DNA of 64,000 nucleotides from Myxococcota bacterium (lineage in GTDB: Bacteria > Myxococcota_A > UBA9160 > SZUA-336): assembly GCA_965247115.1 (NCBI GenBank), contig CBDFGR010000002.1, positions 864,001 to 928,000 on the forward strand. The letters are read 5' to 3'. Position 1 is the first letter of the stretch; each line of letters starts with the position of its first letter. Shown here in pieces: positions 17,812-27,422 of this stretch. Both the position numbers and the translations under genes were made by a program. The notes under the pieces were generated by a model, which did no database searches, was not told the origin of the DNA, and saw only the letters and a list, made by a program, of their open reading frames with translations.

Positions 17812-18510
17812 TCACAGGGGTTTCACTGCCTTCTTCGCTGCGTCTCTGATCCGTTTCTCGTCCTGAAAATAGGTCTCCGGGGGTAGCGGGAAGAACTGCT
17901 GCCGCCTGCGCTCGAGCAGCACCTCGAGGCCGCCCCGGTTCGTGAACAGGAGCTTCTCGTTGCGGTCGAAGATGGAGATCGACACGGAAGAGGCGGCAAT
18001 CGTGCCCTTGAACCTGCCCGAGCCCTTGTTCTGGACTCTCTGTTTGGCGCCGTCCCACTTCGCCCTGTCGGCCTCGTACTCCGCGTTGACCACCTGAAGC
18101 CGGATGGCGACGACGGCATCCACCGGGTATCGGAACATCAGCTCGCGATAGCTGTGCTCGCGAACGGCCTGTGTGCGCGCGTTGTCGACCTGGCCGGTAC
18201 TCGCGTTCTGAACCCCCCCGACCTGCTGTTCCATCGTCGCTCTGAGCGTGCGAAGGACCGAGGCGGGGATGACCTCGTAGCCTCGCTTCTCGAGGTGCTT
18301 GGTGATCTCCCCCTGGACGATTACCTCGGCAGAGTCGGGCATTTGAAGCGCTGGCGCGGCATCGATGGGCGACAGTGCCACCACCTTGACGCGGCTCTTG
18401 AACAGCTTCTTGTCCATACGGAAGGGCGAATCGTCGGCCGCGGCCGCGGAGAACGCGAGCAACCCGCAGGTCGTAGTGATCGCCGTCAGGATTCTCGTCA
18501 GCTTCGCCAT
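17812..18510 (-). CDS. Exported hypothetical protein (alpha/beta, possibly CsgG/TolB-N-like fold)
   Basis: Signal peptide; VVALSP...LEKRGYEVI...VDAVV pattern; 4 nt downstream of the M48 gene. Confidence 0.7.
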   Translation of the reverse strand: MAKLTRILTAITTTCGLLAFSAAAADDSPFRMDKKLFKSRVKVVALSPIDAAPALQMPDSAEVIVQGEITKHLEKRGYEVIPASVLRTLRATMEQQVGGVQNASTGQVDNARTQAVREHSYRELMFRYPVDAVVAIRLQVVNAEYEADRAKWDGAKQRVQNKGSGRFKGTIAASSVSISIFDRNEKLLFTNRGGLEVLLERRRQQFFPLPPETYFQDEKRIRDAAKKAVKPL

Positions 18511-18514
18511 CCAC

Positions 18515-19738
18515 TCACCTCATGCTGTCCATGTACGCGCGGATGATGCCCGCGTCGGGGGCATCCTCCGCGAAGCTCAGGTACTGCTCGAACGCGCTCA
18601 TGGCCTCAGCGTTGGCGTGCTGTCTACGATGGGCCATCCCGAGCTCCTTGTAGGCGGGCGCGAAGCCGGAGTCCTTCTCCAGCGCTTTCCGGTAGCGATC
18701 CATACGCGGGGAATAGTCGGGTCCGTCGAGCGCCTCCTTGCGATAGGTCTCCCCGATCAGGAACTCGGCCTCCGGATCCTCCGGCCTCACCGAGATGTAC
18801 TTCGTCAGGGCCGCACGGGCCCGGGCATACTGCTGCTCCTGGATGTCGAGCCGAGCGTTGATGAGCAAGGCGGGCGCGATGCCCCGATAGTAGGACTCCG
18901 ACGCTGGAACCACTCCTGGCTTGTACGCCTGCTTGCTCCTCTTGCGCTCTCTCTTGATCTCTTTCTGGAGGTTCTTGATCCGGTCGTCCAGCTTCGGGTG
19001 GCTGCTCCAGAGCCGGGCTGGATCGGCCACGCCGTAGAACGAGTTGTCGCCAAGGGCCTGGAACCCGAGCAGCGCCTGGTCCCGGGAGTAGTTCGCCTTC
19101 GCCATCAGGACAAGGCCCTCCTCATCGGCCACGTACTCGAGCTTCCGCGAGTAGCCGTTCGTCACGAGGCCCGACCAGAGACCCTCGGTCGAGCCGATCA
19201 GATCGGTATCGATCACGCCCGTCTGCGAGGCCACGGCAACGGTCGCCAAGAGGCCGATCCCCTTGCCGATGATTGATTGCCGTCCCTCGGTGATGAGCTC
19301 GCGGTAGGAGTGACGCTGGAGAAAGTGGGAGATCTCGTGGGCCAGGATCGCGCCGAGCTGAGCCTCGTTTTCCATGCCGGCGAGGAGGCCGGTGTGAACG
19401 GCGATGGTCCCGTACGGGTAGACCCATCCGCCCAGCGTGGGCTCCCTGACCAGGATGAAGTCGAGGTGCATGCCGAGATGATCCAGGCTGGAGCCGAGCA
19501 TCCTGTCCGTGATGGACTCGAGATACGCCTCGACGTGCCGATTGTGGACCATCCTTCCACTGTTGCGCAGGTCATTCTCGTGTCGGCCGGCGATGTCCCA
19601 GAGCTCTGCTTCGTCCGCCTTCGCCGGCAGCTCCTCGAGCTCGGACACCGGATCCACCCTCGCCGCATTCGCCGCCGGCGAGAGAAAGCTGAGCAGAAGA
19701 GCTGCGATCGAAGACAGTCGAACTGCGCCGTTCATCAC
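18515..19738 (-). CDS. M48 family metallopeptidase with C-terminal TPR repeats (BepA/YfgC-like)
   Basis: Signal peptide, EAQLGAILAHEISH, YSRKLEYVAD, SSHPKLDDRI, TPR-like helices. Confidence 0.9.
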   Translation of the reverse strand: MMNGAVRLSSIAALLLSFLSPAANAARVDPVSELEELPAKADEAELWDIAGRHENDLRNSGRMVHNRHVEAYLESITDRMLGSSLDHLGMHLDFILVREPTLGGWVYPYGTIAVHTGLLAGMENEAQLGAILAHEISHFLQRHSYRELITEGRQSIIGKGIGLLATVAVASQTGVIDTDLIGSTEGLWSGLVTNGYSRKLEYVADEEGLVLMAKANYSRDQALLGFQALGDNSFYGVADPARLWSSHPKLDDRIKNLQKEIKRERKRSKQAYKPGVVPASESYYRGIAPALLINARLDIQEQQYARARAALTKYISVRPEDPEAEFLIGETYRKEALDGPDYSPRMDRYRKALEKDSGFAPAYKELGMAHRRQHANAEAMSAFEQYLSFAEDAPDAGIIRAYMDSMR

Positions 19739-22053
19739 TTGATCCTCACCGGGTACACCGCGCGCTTCACGGTGCCATTCTTGTGTTCCACGTTGACCAC
19801 GAGCTGCCAGAGCTCGCTGCCGCTGAACTCTCTAAGGGAAATACTTCCCAGAGTGCCGTCGCGGACGGGAAACTTCAGCTTCCGTCCCACGGACTTCCAT
19901 CCAGCGGGGTTCTCTCCCGCGCCGATCTGCAGCCAGGCGCGCTTGAATATCTCCGCGTCCGCCGTTCCGCTGATCCGCAGCCTGCTCCCGCCGCCTTCCA
20001 CCTGGACGGACTGAACGCGATCGATCGCAGCGGTCACGAAGAACTCAGGATCCACGCTCAGCGCCGTCCGGGCATCCAGCATTCCGAAGCCCGCGTACTT
20101 GTCCTTGCCCGGAAACTCGATGTCTTCCGCCGTCTGGTACAGGATGCGCTCGACATCGCCTACAGTCAGCTCCGGGCTCCTCGCCAGAAGCAGTGACGCG
20201 GTGCCGGTCACGATCGGGGTCGAGAACGATGTCCCGCTGACGTGCAGATAGCGCTTGTCCTCACCGACGTAGTTCGTACCGATCTCGTACTCTTCCGTAC
20301 CCCGGTAGTTCGCATCGGTGTAGCGCGCCCTGAGGCTCAGGACGTCCACGCCAGGAGCCACCAGGTCCACGCGGTCGCCGAAGTTCGAGAAAGCGGCCGC
20401 GCGGTCGTCGGTGTGCGTCGCGCCGACGGTCAGGACGTGCTCGGCGCCAGCGGGGCCGTAGTCTTCCAGCTCGATGCCCTCGTTCCCGGATGCGACGACG
20501 ACCAGCACCCCCTTCTCGTGGGCGTAGTCAAGTGCCGCCTGCTCGATCCGGCTCGTGTGCGGCCCTCCAACGCTGATATTGATGATGCGGGCCCCGTTGT
20601 CCGCCGCGTAGACGATGGCTTCGGCGAGATAGGACGCCCGCGTGGTACCGAAGTTGTTGACCGCTTTCAGCACCATGAGTTTCGCGTGCGGGTTGATGCC
20701 GGCGATACCCGCATCGTTGTTCTGGCTGGCGGCGATGATCCCCCCGACCAAAGTGCCATGACCATCGAAGTCCCAGGGCTTGTTGTGACGACCGAAGAAG
20801 TCCCAGCCGATGATGTCGTCCACAAAGCCGTTGGCGTCGTCGTCGATCCCGTTGTCGGGAATCTCGTCCTCGTTGCGCCAGATGTTCTCGTAGCTGATGT
20901 CGAGGTGATGCCAGTCCAGACCGGTATCGATGACCGCCACCACGACGGGCGCGGCCGTGTCCGGCACCTGATTCCATGCCGAGCTCTCGTCAGCCGTGTA
21001 TCCAACGCGCTTGATGGCCCACTGGTCGTCCATGGGCTGCCCCCAGGAGCCGCCACCATGCCTGCCCGTCCTCTTATAGTTGGGATCCGTCGGAGTCAGC
21101 ACGATCCGACACCAGTCGTTCTCGAAGACGAACTCTGTTACGTAGAGCGTGTTGTAGACGAGACCCAGCTTCAGGTCCTCGAAGTTGAGGGTCGTGAACT
21201 GTCTGTCACCTATGGTGAGCTCGTTCCTGGAGAAACGGCTCAGGGAGTAATGTAGATCGCGCGCCGGCGCCTCGACGGTGATGCTGCCATAGCTGCGACG
21301 GGGCACTGTGAAGTTAAGTGCGTCTGACATCGCATCGGATCCCCCGATGTTCCAAGCGAACCCAGAACGCAGCTGGAACTGCGTATGGCCGTCGTAGCCG
21401 AACGTTCCCCTGATCGGATCTTCGCCCGAACCCTCGTCGGAAGCCTCTGAGTTCGGACCCTGGAAGGAGAAGTCGATGTCGGTGGGCAATACCACGTACT
21501 GCCGCGGGGGAACGTAGAGCTCGAGTTTCGAGGGATCCGGCTCGAGCTGGAGACCGACCCTGGGCGCCAGCTCGAAGCCGCCGTCCCCGTCGTACTGGGC
21601 CTTGGCTCCGAGCATGAGCTCCCCAAATACGTGCGACAAACCGCCATAGTAGAGGTACCCCGGGCCCTCGGAGTCCCACAGTGAACCCCGAGACTCCGCT
21701 CCCGAGCGCCCCCACTTCAGCTTGGAATCATAAGAGAGGTGGAAGTCTCCTGACTCGTTCCCGAGGGCGAAGTTCAGCTTGCCGTAGCCACTGACCAACC
21801 AGGTCGCATCATCCAACGGGGCCGGACTGTCCGTCCCCGCACGATTGCAATCGGCGTCTTGCGTTGCCGCGGCGAAAGCAATCTGCCCTAGTGGCCCGCG
21901 AAAGATCCACGAGCCATCCGTCGGCGAGCCCGGATCGGCAAACGATGCGCCCTCCGGTGTGAAGGCCTGGGTCAGGGACGCCGTGAGGAGCATCGAGATC
22001 ACGAGGCTTGCGGTGCCAGATCGCATAAGCGCACTCATCCGACGACCCCTCAT
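19735..22053 (-). CDS. Secreted S8 (subtilisin-like) serine peptidase with long unassigned N-terminal region
   Basis: Triad VIDTG / DGHGT / SGTSFS, NGIDDDANGFVDDIIGWDF loop, signal peptide; start uncertain within about 15 nt. Confidence 0.9.
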   Translation of the reverse strand: MRGRRMSALMRSGTASLVISMLLTASLTQAFTPEGASFADPGSPTDGSWIFRGPLGQIAFAAATQDADCNRAGTDSPAPLDDATWLVSGYGKLNFALGNESGDFHLSYDSKLKWGRSGAESRGSLWDSEGPGYLYYGGLSHVFGELMLGAKAQYDGDGGFELAPRVGLQLEPDPSKLELYVPPRQYVVLPTDIDFSFQGPNSEASDEGSGEDPIRGTFGYDGHTQFQLRSGFAWNIGGSDAMSDALNFTVPRRSYGSITVEAPARDLHYSLSRFSRNELTIGDRQFTTLNFEDLKLGLVYNTLYVTEFVFENDWCRIVLTPTDPNYKRTGRHGGGSWGQPMDDQWAIKRVGYTADESSAWNQVPDTAAPVVVAVIDTGLDWHHLDISYENIWRNEDEIPDNGIDDDANGFVDDIIGWDFFGRHNKPWDFDGHGTLVGGIIAASQNNDAGIAGINPHAKLMVLKAVNNFGTTRASYLAEAIVYAADNGARIINISVGGPHTSRIEQAALDYAHEKGVLVVVASGNEGIELEDYGPAGAEHVLTVGATHTDDRAAAFSNFGDRVDLVAPGVDVLSLRARYTDANYRGTEEYEIGTNYVGEDKRYLHVSGTSFSTPIVTGTASLLLARSPELTVGDVERILYQTAEDIEFPGKDKYAGFGMLDARTALSVDPEFFVTAAIDRVQSVQVEGGGSRLRISGTADAEIFKRAWLQIGAGENPAGWKSVGRKLKFPVRDGTLGSISLREFSGSELWQLVVNVEHKNGTVKRAVYPVRIK

Positions 22054-22212
22054 GGGCCGCCCCGGCAGAGTATCTCACGAGACTCGGGGTCGGGTCGCTA
22101 CCCTTTCTGATAGCCAAACAAATCCCAGGAGTTACGGATTCAGACGCGTCGGCCCACGCGATTGCTCTACCATGGGGTGGCTGGGTAGTCGACTTGCCGC
22201 AAGGAGCTCGAG

Positions 22213-25200
22213 ATGACACTTGAAAAGGTGCCGGCGACGCCGCTGCTGGTGCTGCTGCTCGTATTTGGACTGAGTGCGCCGGGCTGGGCTGGCTTTAGGG
22301 TGAACACGCCCTCACCGATCACGGTCATCACTGGGGAAGAGGTGGAGCGGCTACCTGCTCGACCCATCACAGACTTCATGAGTCTGGTTCCTGGGGTCTC
22401 GAGCGGGACTGCCGGGGAGCCGACACGGTTTCTCGTAAATGGGATTCGTTCCCCCGAATCGGACCGTCTGATACCCAAGGACGATGTCGAGCGCATCGAG
22501 ATACTGAACGGTTCGACGGCGGCCACGTTGTACGGGGGGGAACTCACTGCCGACGTGATCAACTTCGTCACCAAGGACGACTATTCTGGATTCAACGTCG
22601 GTGGATCCTGGGTATTCCAGAACTTAATGAACTCTTTCAAGGATATCTGGATCTCGACGGAGAATGGCGGAGAGTGCGATACCACGAACGGTGAGCTCCG
22701 GTCTACCTTCACTTTGTTCGACCGTTACGACTTTGGAGGGCCCGACTTTGCGAACGGAGGCAACACGTGGCTGTGGGGAAGTCAGTCGCGGGGGTTTGTG
22801 CAAGGTGGGTATGGATACCCGAAACTCGGGCTTTCGTACCCGGACTTGAGAGACACCGAGTCCATGAAAAGGACCGGCTTCTCAGCTCTCGCGGCCCTGA
22901 CTGAGAGTGTAACGGGCGATCCGTCACTTTCTGAAGGAGCCAAGAGTGGCTTCATGGCTGGGCTGTCTATCGTGCTGGCGTACGGGCCGGATTCCCTGTC
23001 GGATCGGGCGCACAGCTTGGGCCACTTTGACCCTGTCGAGATCTACGGGCAGTTGAGCCAGTACTCGGCAAGTGGGGCCACTGGACCCGCGTTCACGCCA
23101 ACTCCGCAAACACAGACCGACGAAGTGGGTGGTGGCGAGCAACTACTGCCCCAACCGTTCGCGGGCTACAGAATACCCTCGAAGTATCTGTTTGAGAATC
23201 CGAATGATTGCCCGGAAGAGGTTGTGGACAGCGTGCGACCGCTGATCCGTGAGTGGGCTCAGGCTCGCGGTGGTATCAGCTACTCCATGGACTATCTGAG
23301 ATATCAGCTGCAGTCCGGCGGAGACACCGGGGAACAGGTGAGGAAGGCGGAAGAGGCACGCAAGCTGCGAGACCAGAAGAACAACGAGATCAACGATGCG
23401 CTGCGCACGTGCGTGCCTCAGACGGCATCAACGGAGGCATCTGCTCCCACAGCGACCTCCGGCGCTGAAGCACAGAGCGGCTCCTGGGGGCGCTGGAGCG
23501 ATGACTTGAAATTGCAGATCTACTTCTCCCGCAATGAACTGGGAGATGATGGGGCGGTCTACAAAGTACCCGCACCGGACGTTCGCGTAGGTCTCCACCC
23601 CTACAACCCTGATCTTGACGTTGGTATCCCGTGGGGCTTCCGGTCGTCCAGGGACACCGACAACGGGGCCAGCGAGGACGGACATAGCAAGATCACCGCG
23701 GCAGATGGAAGCGTCATCTTTGACATGGATTGGTACGATCCGGGCGTCGCTGCGGGCTTCAGAATGCCCACCGACCGGTCGCTGGTGGAATCGTACGAAA
23801 CGGGCGCAAAGTCGAACTGGACGGTGCGCGTGGACTGGGACACCAGCACGATCAAGCTCCGGTCGCACCTGGAGAAGACCGACAGCTTCGTTCAGCTGTT
23901 TGCGGGACAAGCCCAACAGGGCAGCGCCTCCATACAACATGTTCCAACAGGTCTCTTCGCGAATTATCTGTCGAACGAATTTCCTGTGGGCGGAAATCTC
24001 TATCGGGTATATGACAACATCCCGGAGTATCTCAACCTCGATCTGAGTCAATTGTATTCGATATCGGGACAGACGAGTGTCGAGAACAACTCCTGCGGCG
24101 AATCGGCCCTACCGCAGAATGGCCTCGGATACCTCAGCCAAGCAGCCTCGCCCGTCCAGTCGGTCGAGGACCAGTGGGCTCTGGAGCACGTCGGGTTGAC
24201 GGAAGATGCCGCGTTGTCGGAGACGACGTCCAGCGCTGCCGCGCCGATTGTGATCGGTGTCATCGACACCGGACTCGACTGGAACCATCTCGACTTTGCT
24301 TGGGAGAACATCTGGCGGAACGAAGACGAGATTCCCGACAACGGCGTCGACGATGATGGCAATGGCTACGTGGATGACATCATCGGCTGGGATTTCATGA
24401 ACCAGGACAACAAGCCCTGGGACAACGACGGACACGGGACGTTCGTGTCGGGGATCATCGCCGCGACGCACAACAACAGTGCTGGAATCGACGGGATCGA
24501 CCCGAACGCCAGGGTCATGGTGCTCAAGGCACTCAACAATTTCGGCCGTACGCGTGCCTCGTACGTCGCGCAGGCGATTGTGTACGGAGCCGACAACGGG
24601 GCCCACATCCTGAATGTGAGCGTCTCGGGCGGCGAGGTTCCCGGCGTTGTGATCGACGCCCTGGCCTACGCCATAGGCAAGGGCGTACTCGTGATCACAG
24701 CGGCGGGAAACAGGGGTGAGAATATCGACCGTGGCCCGCCGGGCGGGGTGCCAGGTGTCATGTCCGTGGCGGCGACGGGTCCCGACGGCAAGCGCGCGGC
24801 CTTCTCCAACGTCGGATCGTTGATCAACATCGCCGCGCCAGGGGTGGACATCGTGAGTCTTCGGGCTCGCCGCACGGACTTCATGCTGAACAGTGCCACG
24901 ACCACCTACCAGGCTCGCGATGCCTACCTGGGCGATGACAATCGCTACTACCGTTCAGCCGGAACGTCCTTCGCGACTCCTATCGTCAGCGGCATCGCCT
25001 CTCTGGTCTGGTCGAACCGGCCCGAGCTCACGGCGATACAGGTGCAACGGATCCTCGAGCAGTCGGCCCGAGACGTCGGGACGCCGGGCAGAGACCGCTT
25101 CACCGGCTACGGCGTCGTGGATGCACCGGCCGCTCTCGGGGCCGATCCCGAGTTCTTCGTGGAGGCCGCAATTCTCCAGGCCCGACCAGTGGAGGAGGAC

Positions 25201-25458
25201 GAGCAGGTCTTCGTCCAGGTCTTCGGCTCGGCGGATGCCAACCAGTTCGGCCGCGCGTGGCTCGAGATCGGCGAAGGGGAGGATCCATCCCACTGGATCC
25301 CGATAGGGGATGCTCTCCCCGACACGGTCAGGCTGGGAGTGCTCGGCATGATTCCCGCCGCCCAACTAGATGGCGCAAACGTCTGGACGGTCCGCGTGCT
25401 CGTGGAGCACCAAAACAGCCGGCTGCGAGAAGCGAGATACGTAATCGAGCTCGGATGA
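22213..25458 (+). CDS. Secreted S8 serine peptidase with N-terminal TonB-dependent-receptor plug-like domain
   Basis: Triad IDTG / DGHGT / AGTSFA; N-terminal SPITVITGEEVE...LVPGV...LVNG...IPKDDVERIEILNGSTAATLYG...VINFVTK; RBS AAGGAG. Confidence 0.88.
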   Translation: MTLEKVPATPLLVLLLVFGLSAPGWAGFRVNTPSPITVITGEEVERLPARPITDFMSLVPGVSSGTAGEPTRFLVNGIRSPESDRLIPKDDVERIEILNGSTAATLYGGELTADVINFVTKDDYSGFNVGGSWVFQNLMNSFKDIWISTENGGECDTTNGELRSTFTLFDRYDFGGPDFANGGNTWLWGSQSRGFVQGGYGYPKLGLSYPDLRDTESMKRTGFSALAALTESVTGDPSLSEGAKSGFMAGLSIVLAYGPDSLSDRAHSLGHFDPVEIYGQLSQYSASGATGPAFTPTPQTQTDEVGGGEQLLPQPFAGYRIPSKYLFENPNDCPEEVVDSVRPLIREWAQARGGISYSMDYLRYQLQSGGDTGEQVRKAEEARKLRDQKNNEINDALRTCVPQTASTEASAPTATSGAEAQSGSWGRWSDDLKLQIYFSRNELGDDGAVYKVPAPDVRVGLHPYNPDLDVGIPWGFRSSRDTDNGASEDGHSKITAADGSVIFDMDWYDPGVAAGFRMPTDRSLVESYETGAKSNWTVRVDWDTSTIKLRSHLEKTDSFVQLFAGQAQQGSASIQHVPTGLFANYLSNEFPVGGNLYRVYDNIPEYLNLDLSQLYSISGQTSVENNSCGESALPQNGLGYLSQAASPVQSVEDQWALEHVGLTEDAALSETTSSAAAPIVIGVIDTGLDWNHLDFAWENIWRNEDEIPDNGVDDDGNGYVDDIIGWDFMNQDNKPWDNDGHGTFVSGIIAATHNNSAGIDGIDPNARVMVLKALNNFGRTRASYVAQAIVYGADNGAHILNVSVSGGEVPGVVIDALAYAIGKGVLVITAAGNRGENIDRGPPGGVPGVMSVAATGPDGKRAAFSNVGSLINIAAPGVDIVSLRARRTDFMLNSATTTYQARDAYLGDDNRYYRSAGTSFATPIVSGIASLVWSNRPELTAIQVQRILEQSARDVGTPGRDRFTGYGVVDAPAALGADPEFFVEAAILQARPVEEDEQVFVQVFGSADANQFGRAWLEIGEGEDPSHWIPIGDALPDTVRLGVLGMIPAAQLDGANVWTVRVLVEHQNSRLREARYVIELG

Positions 25459-25477
25459 CAGCCGGAGAGGAACAAAG

Positions 25478-27346
25478 ATGAAGTGGTTTGGTTTGGCATC
25501 TCTCGTCGTTGCGGTGTCGCTGCCGATGGTGAGCCGCGCGCAAGTGACGTCCGACCGGTGGCTCTTCCTGTTCGAGCAGCGGTGCGCGGTCTGTCATGGA
25601 ACCGAGAGCTTGGTTCCCAACGCGGTCAGTCGCGAAGCGTTCAGAATGTTCTCCCCGGAGCGGGTGCTCGAGGCGCTGACGACCGGCTCGATGGCGCCCA
25701 ACGCGAGCGCCCTGACAGATGAGGAGAAGCGCGGCTTGGCCGAGTACGTGACCGGTCGTCCCTTCGGCAACGTGGCGGACCGCTCTGCGCAAGCCATGCC
25801 GAACCGCTGCGGCCCTGACCTGGCGATGGGCGATCCGTCGACCGGCCCGCGCTGGAACGGGATGAGCCCCGATCCCACGACGAGCGCGCGCTTTCAGTCT
25901 GCGGCTGCCGCAGGGCTCTCGGCCGAGCAGGTGCCGCGACTGCGGCGCAAGTGGGCGTTTGGATTTCCGGATGGCAGTGCGGTCCGGGGCCAGCCGACGG
26001 TGGTCGGCGGTCGGGTGTTCATGGGCAGCGACAACGGAATGGTGTACGCGCTCGACGCGCGCAGCGGCTGCGTGCACTGGTCCTTCGAGGCAGGGAAAGC
26101 GGTGGTGACGGCCGTCAGCGTAGGGACGGTGCCCGGCACGCGCGATCGCTACGCGGCCTATTTCGGGGACTACCGGGCGAACGTGCACGCGGTCGACGCC
26201 GAGACGGGCGAGCAGCTGTGGACGACGCGCGTGGACGAACACGAGACGACGTACATCACGGGCTCGCCGGTGCTCGACAGCAAGGGCGAGCGCCTCTATG
26301 TGCCAGTTGGTTCATGGGAGGAAGGTCCCGGCCTGGCCAACCCAACGTACGAGTGCTGCACGTCGCAGGGCAGCGTACTGGCCTTGGACGCGAAGAGCGG
26401 ACGGCAGATCTGGAAGACATACACGATCCCCGAGCGCCCCCGGCCGATCAGGAAGAACTCCATCGGCACGCAGCTCTACGGCCCAGCGGGTGCCGGGGTC
26501 TGGGCGGCGCCCACGCTCGACTACAGGCGCGGGGTCCTCTACGTCGGTACGGCCAACGGCTATATCGATGTGCCGGATGCGGGATCCAGTGACGCCATCA
26601 TTGCCTTCGACCTCGACACCGGCGAGAGGCGCTGGTCGACCCAGCTGCTGGCCGGCGATTTGAACTGCCCAGGACTCTTAAGTGATGCGCGCCGGACACT
26701 CTGTCCCGGCTTCGTCATGACTGCCAACGACGATGTGTCCGGGTCTCCGGTCCTGTACACGCTGCCGAACGGTCGCCAGATCCTGATTGCGGGGCAGGAG
26801 AGCGGAAGAATCACGGCCCTGGATCCCGACAACAACGGCGCGGTGCTGTGGGTGGCGCAGGCAGGGGACGTATTGGAGACCCCGGCACGAGGCTCAGGCA
26901 TGGGAGCCGCCGCGGATGGAGAGCTCTACTACAGGTCCATCGCACTACCCGACCAGGCCGGTGGGATGGCCGCGCTCCGACCCGCGACGGGCGAGCGGAT
27001 CTGGTACACCACCCACCCGAAGCCCACGAACTGCTCCGACCCCGAGGCGGACTGGTGTAGCTCGGGACTGTTCGGGGCGGCAACGGTCATCCCCGGCGTC
27101 GTTTTCGCAGGGGCGAGAGATGGCACGCTGCGCGCGTACTCGACGGACGACGGCGAGATCTTGTGGGAATATCACACGATGCAGGAGTACGAGACGGTGA
27201 ACGGCGTCCGGGCCAAGGGGGGCTCGATCAGCGGCCATGGGCCGGCGATCGTCGGGGGCATGCTATTCATGGGCTCCGGGTACAGTGTTGGCTCGGGAGC
27301 GTCGGTACGGCCGGGGAACGTCCTCATCGCATTTGGCGTCGAGTAG
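25478..27346 (+). CDS. Quinohemoprotein dehydrogenase (cytochrome c plus PQQ propeller), polyvinyl-alcohol-dehydrogenase-like
   Basis: Signal peptide, CAVCH heme motif, LRRKWAFGFP, YECCTSQGS, GPAGAGVW, GNVLIAF. Confidence 0.87.
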   Translation: MKWFGLASLVVAVSLPMVSRAQVTSDRWLFLFEQRCAVCHGTESLVPNAVSREAFRMFSPERVLEALTTGSMAPNASALTDEEKRGLAEYVTGRPFGNVADRSAQAMPNRCGPDLAMGDPSTGPRWNGMSPDPTTSARFQSAAAAGLSAEQVPRLRRKWAFGFPDGSAVRGQPTVVGGRVFMGSDNGMVYALDARSGCVHWSFEAGKAVVTAVSVGTVPGTRDRYAAYFGDYRANVHAVDAETGEQLWTTRVDEHETTYITGSPVLDSKGERLYVPVGSWEEGPGLANPTYECCTSQGSVLALDAKSGRQIWKTYTIPERPRPIRKNSIGTQLYGPAGAGVWAAPTLDYRRGVLYVGTANGYIDVPDAGSSDAIIAFDLDTGERRWSTQLLAGDLNCPGLLSDARRTLCPGFVMTANDDVSGSPVLYTLPNGRQILIAGQESGRITALDPDNNGAVLWVAQAGDVLETPARGSGMGAAADGELYYRSIALPDQAGGMAALRPATGERIWYTTHPKPTNCSDPEADWCSSGLFGAATVIPGVVFAGARDGTLRAYSTDDGEILWEYHTMQEYETVNGVRAKGGSISGHGPAIVGGMLFMGSGYSVGSGASVRPGNVLIAFGVE

Positions 27347-27422
27347 AGGGCCTGGCCGTAGGTTTCGACTGGGAGGTTGGAAGGGATAGAATGGACGGCG
27401 AACCCCGCGAGGAGAGAACCCC

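Noticed and set aside
20600..24600. Long imperfect inverted repeat as possible mobile-element ends or an invertible segment
   Set aside because: Explained by the two divergent paralogous S8 catalytic domains; no recombinase or transposase nearby.
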